DNA of 64,000 nucleotides from an uncultured Acidobacteriota bacterium (GTDB lineage Bacteria; Acidobacteriota; Blastocatellia; Pyrinomonadales; Pyrinomonadaceae): NCBI GenBank assembly GCA_963750925.1, contig CAVVSJ010000004.1, positions 893,946 to 957,945 of the forward strand, read 5' to 3'. Shown piece by piece: positions 63,990 to 64,000 of this stretch (position 1 is its first letter; each line of letters starts with the position of its first letter). The notes under the pieces were generated by a model. It saw only the letters and a program-made list of their open reading frames with translations, ran no database searches and was not told where the DNA came from. The position numbers and the translations under genes were made by a program.

Positions 63990-64000
63990 CGCCCTAAGTA

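Overview
Bacterial chromosomal window, moderately GC-rich by eye. The gene content and repeat families remind me of soil Acidobacteriota-type genomes, but that is inference only.

Left flank:
- An ECF sigma factor next to a TPR Ser/Thr kinase.
- A Tat-signal intradiol-dioxygenase-like gene.
- A Crp/Fnr regulator.

Central biosynthetic operon: a NusG/RfaH-like paralog (5596-6126) heads a ~36.5-kb co-directional NRPS/PKS operon (6340-42865). Its genes, in order:
- FAAL-ACP-C-A(Ser-like)-T-C-A(Ala-like)-T-C, broken by a 1-nt frameshift inside the FAAL domain.
- Two TauD/SyrP-like Fe/2OG dioxygenases.
- C*(no catalytic His)-A(Glu code)-[FkbM methyltransferase insert]-T.
- KS-AT-KR-DH-T-LLM monooxygenase.
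- C-A(Glu)-[FkbM MT]-T-C-A-T-C-A-T-C-T-C.

I find no thioesterase/reductase and no epimerase. One module lacks an A domain, and two proteins end in C domains.

Every operon junction with intergenic space is filled by a long near-perfect palindrome of one word-substituted repeat family. A half copy of that family is even embedded in frame in an A domain. The two Glu A-domain cores are ~98-99% identical at the DNA level, with sharp breakpoints.

Right of the cluster:
- A haloperoxidase-type hydrolase.
- A polyphosphate neighbourhood: a secreted kinase-like protein, ppk1, DUF4956 and a secreted PTP.
- Two ~240-bp MITE-like triloop-hairpin elements.
- tRNA-Lys(CUU).
- An apparently AT-richer accessory segment with an FN3 protein, a serine hydrolase, a Fic remnant and a type I R-M operon, hsdR-hsdS(frameshifted)-prrC-like-hsdM.
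- Membrane proteins and a DinB-family gene.

All calls rest on motif reading of the supplied ORFs and DNA. No searches were run.
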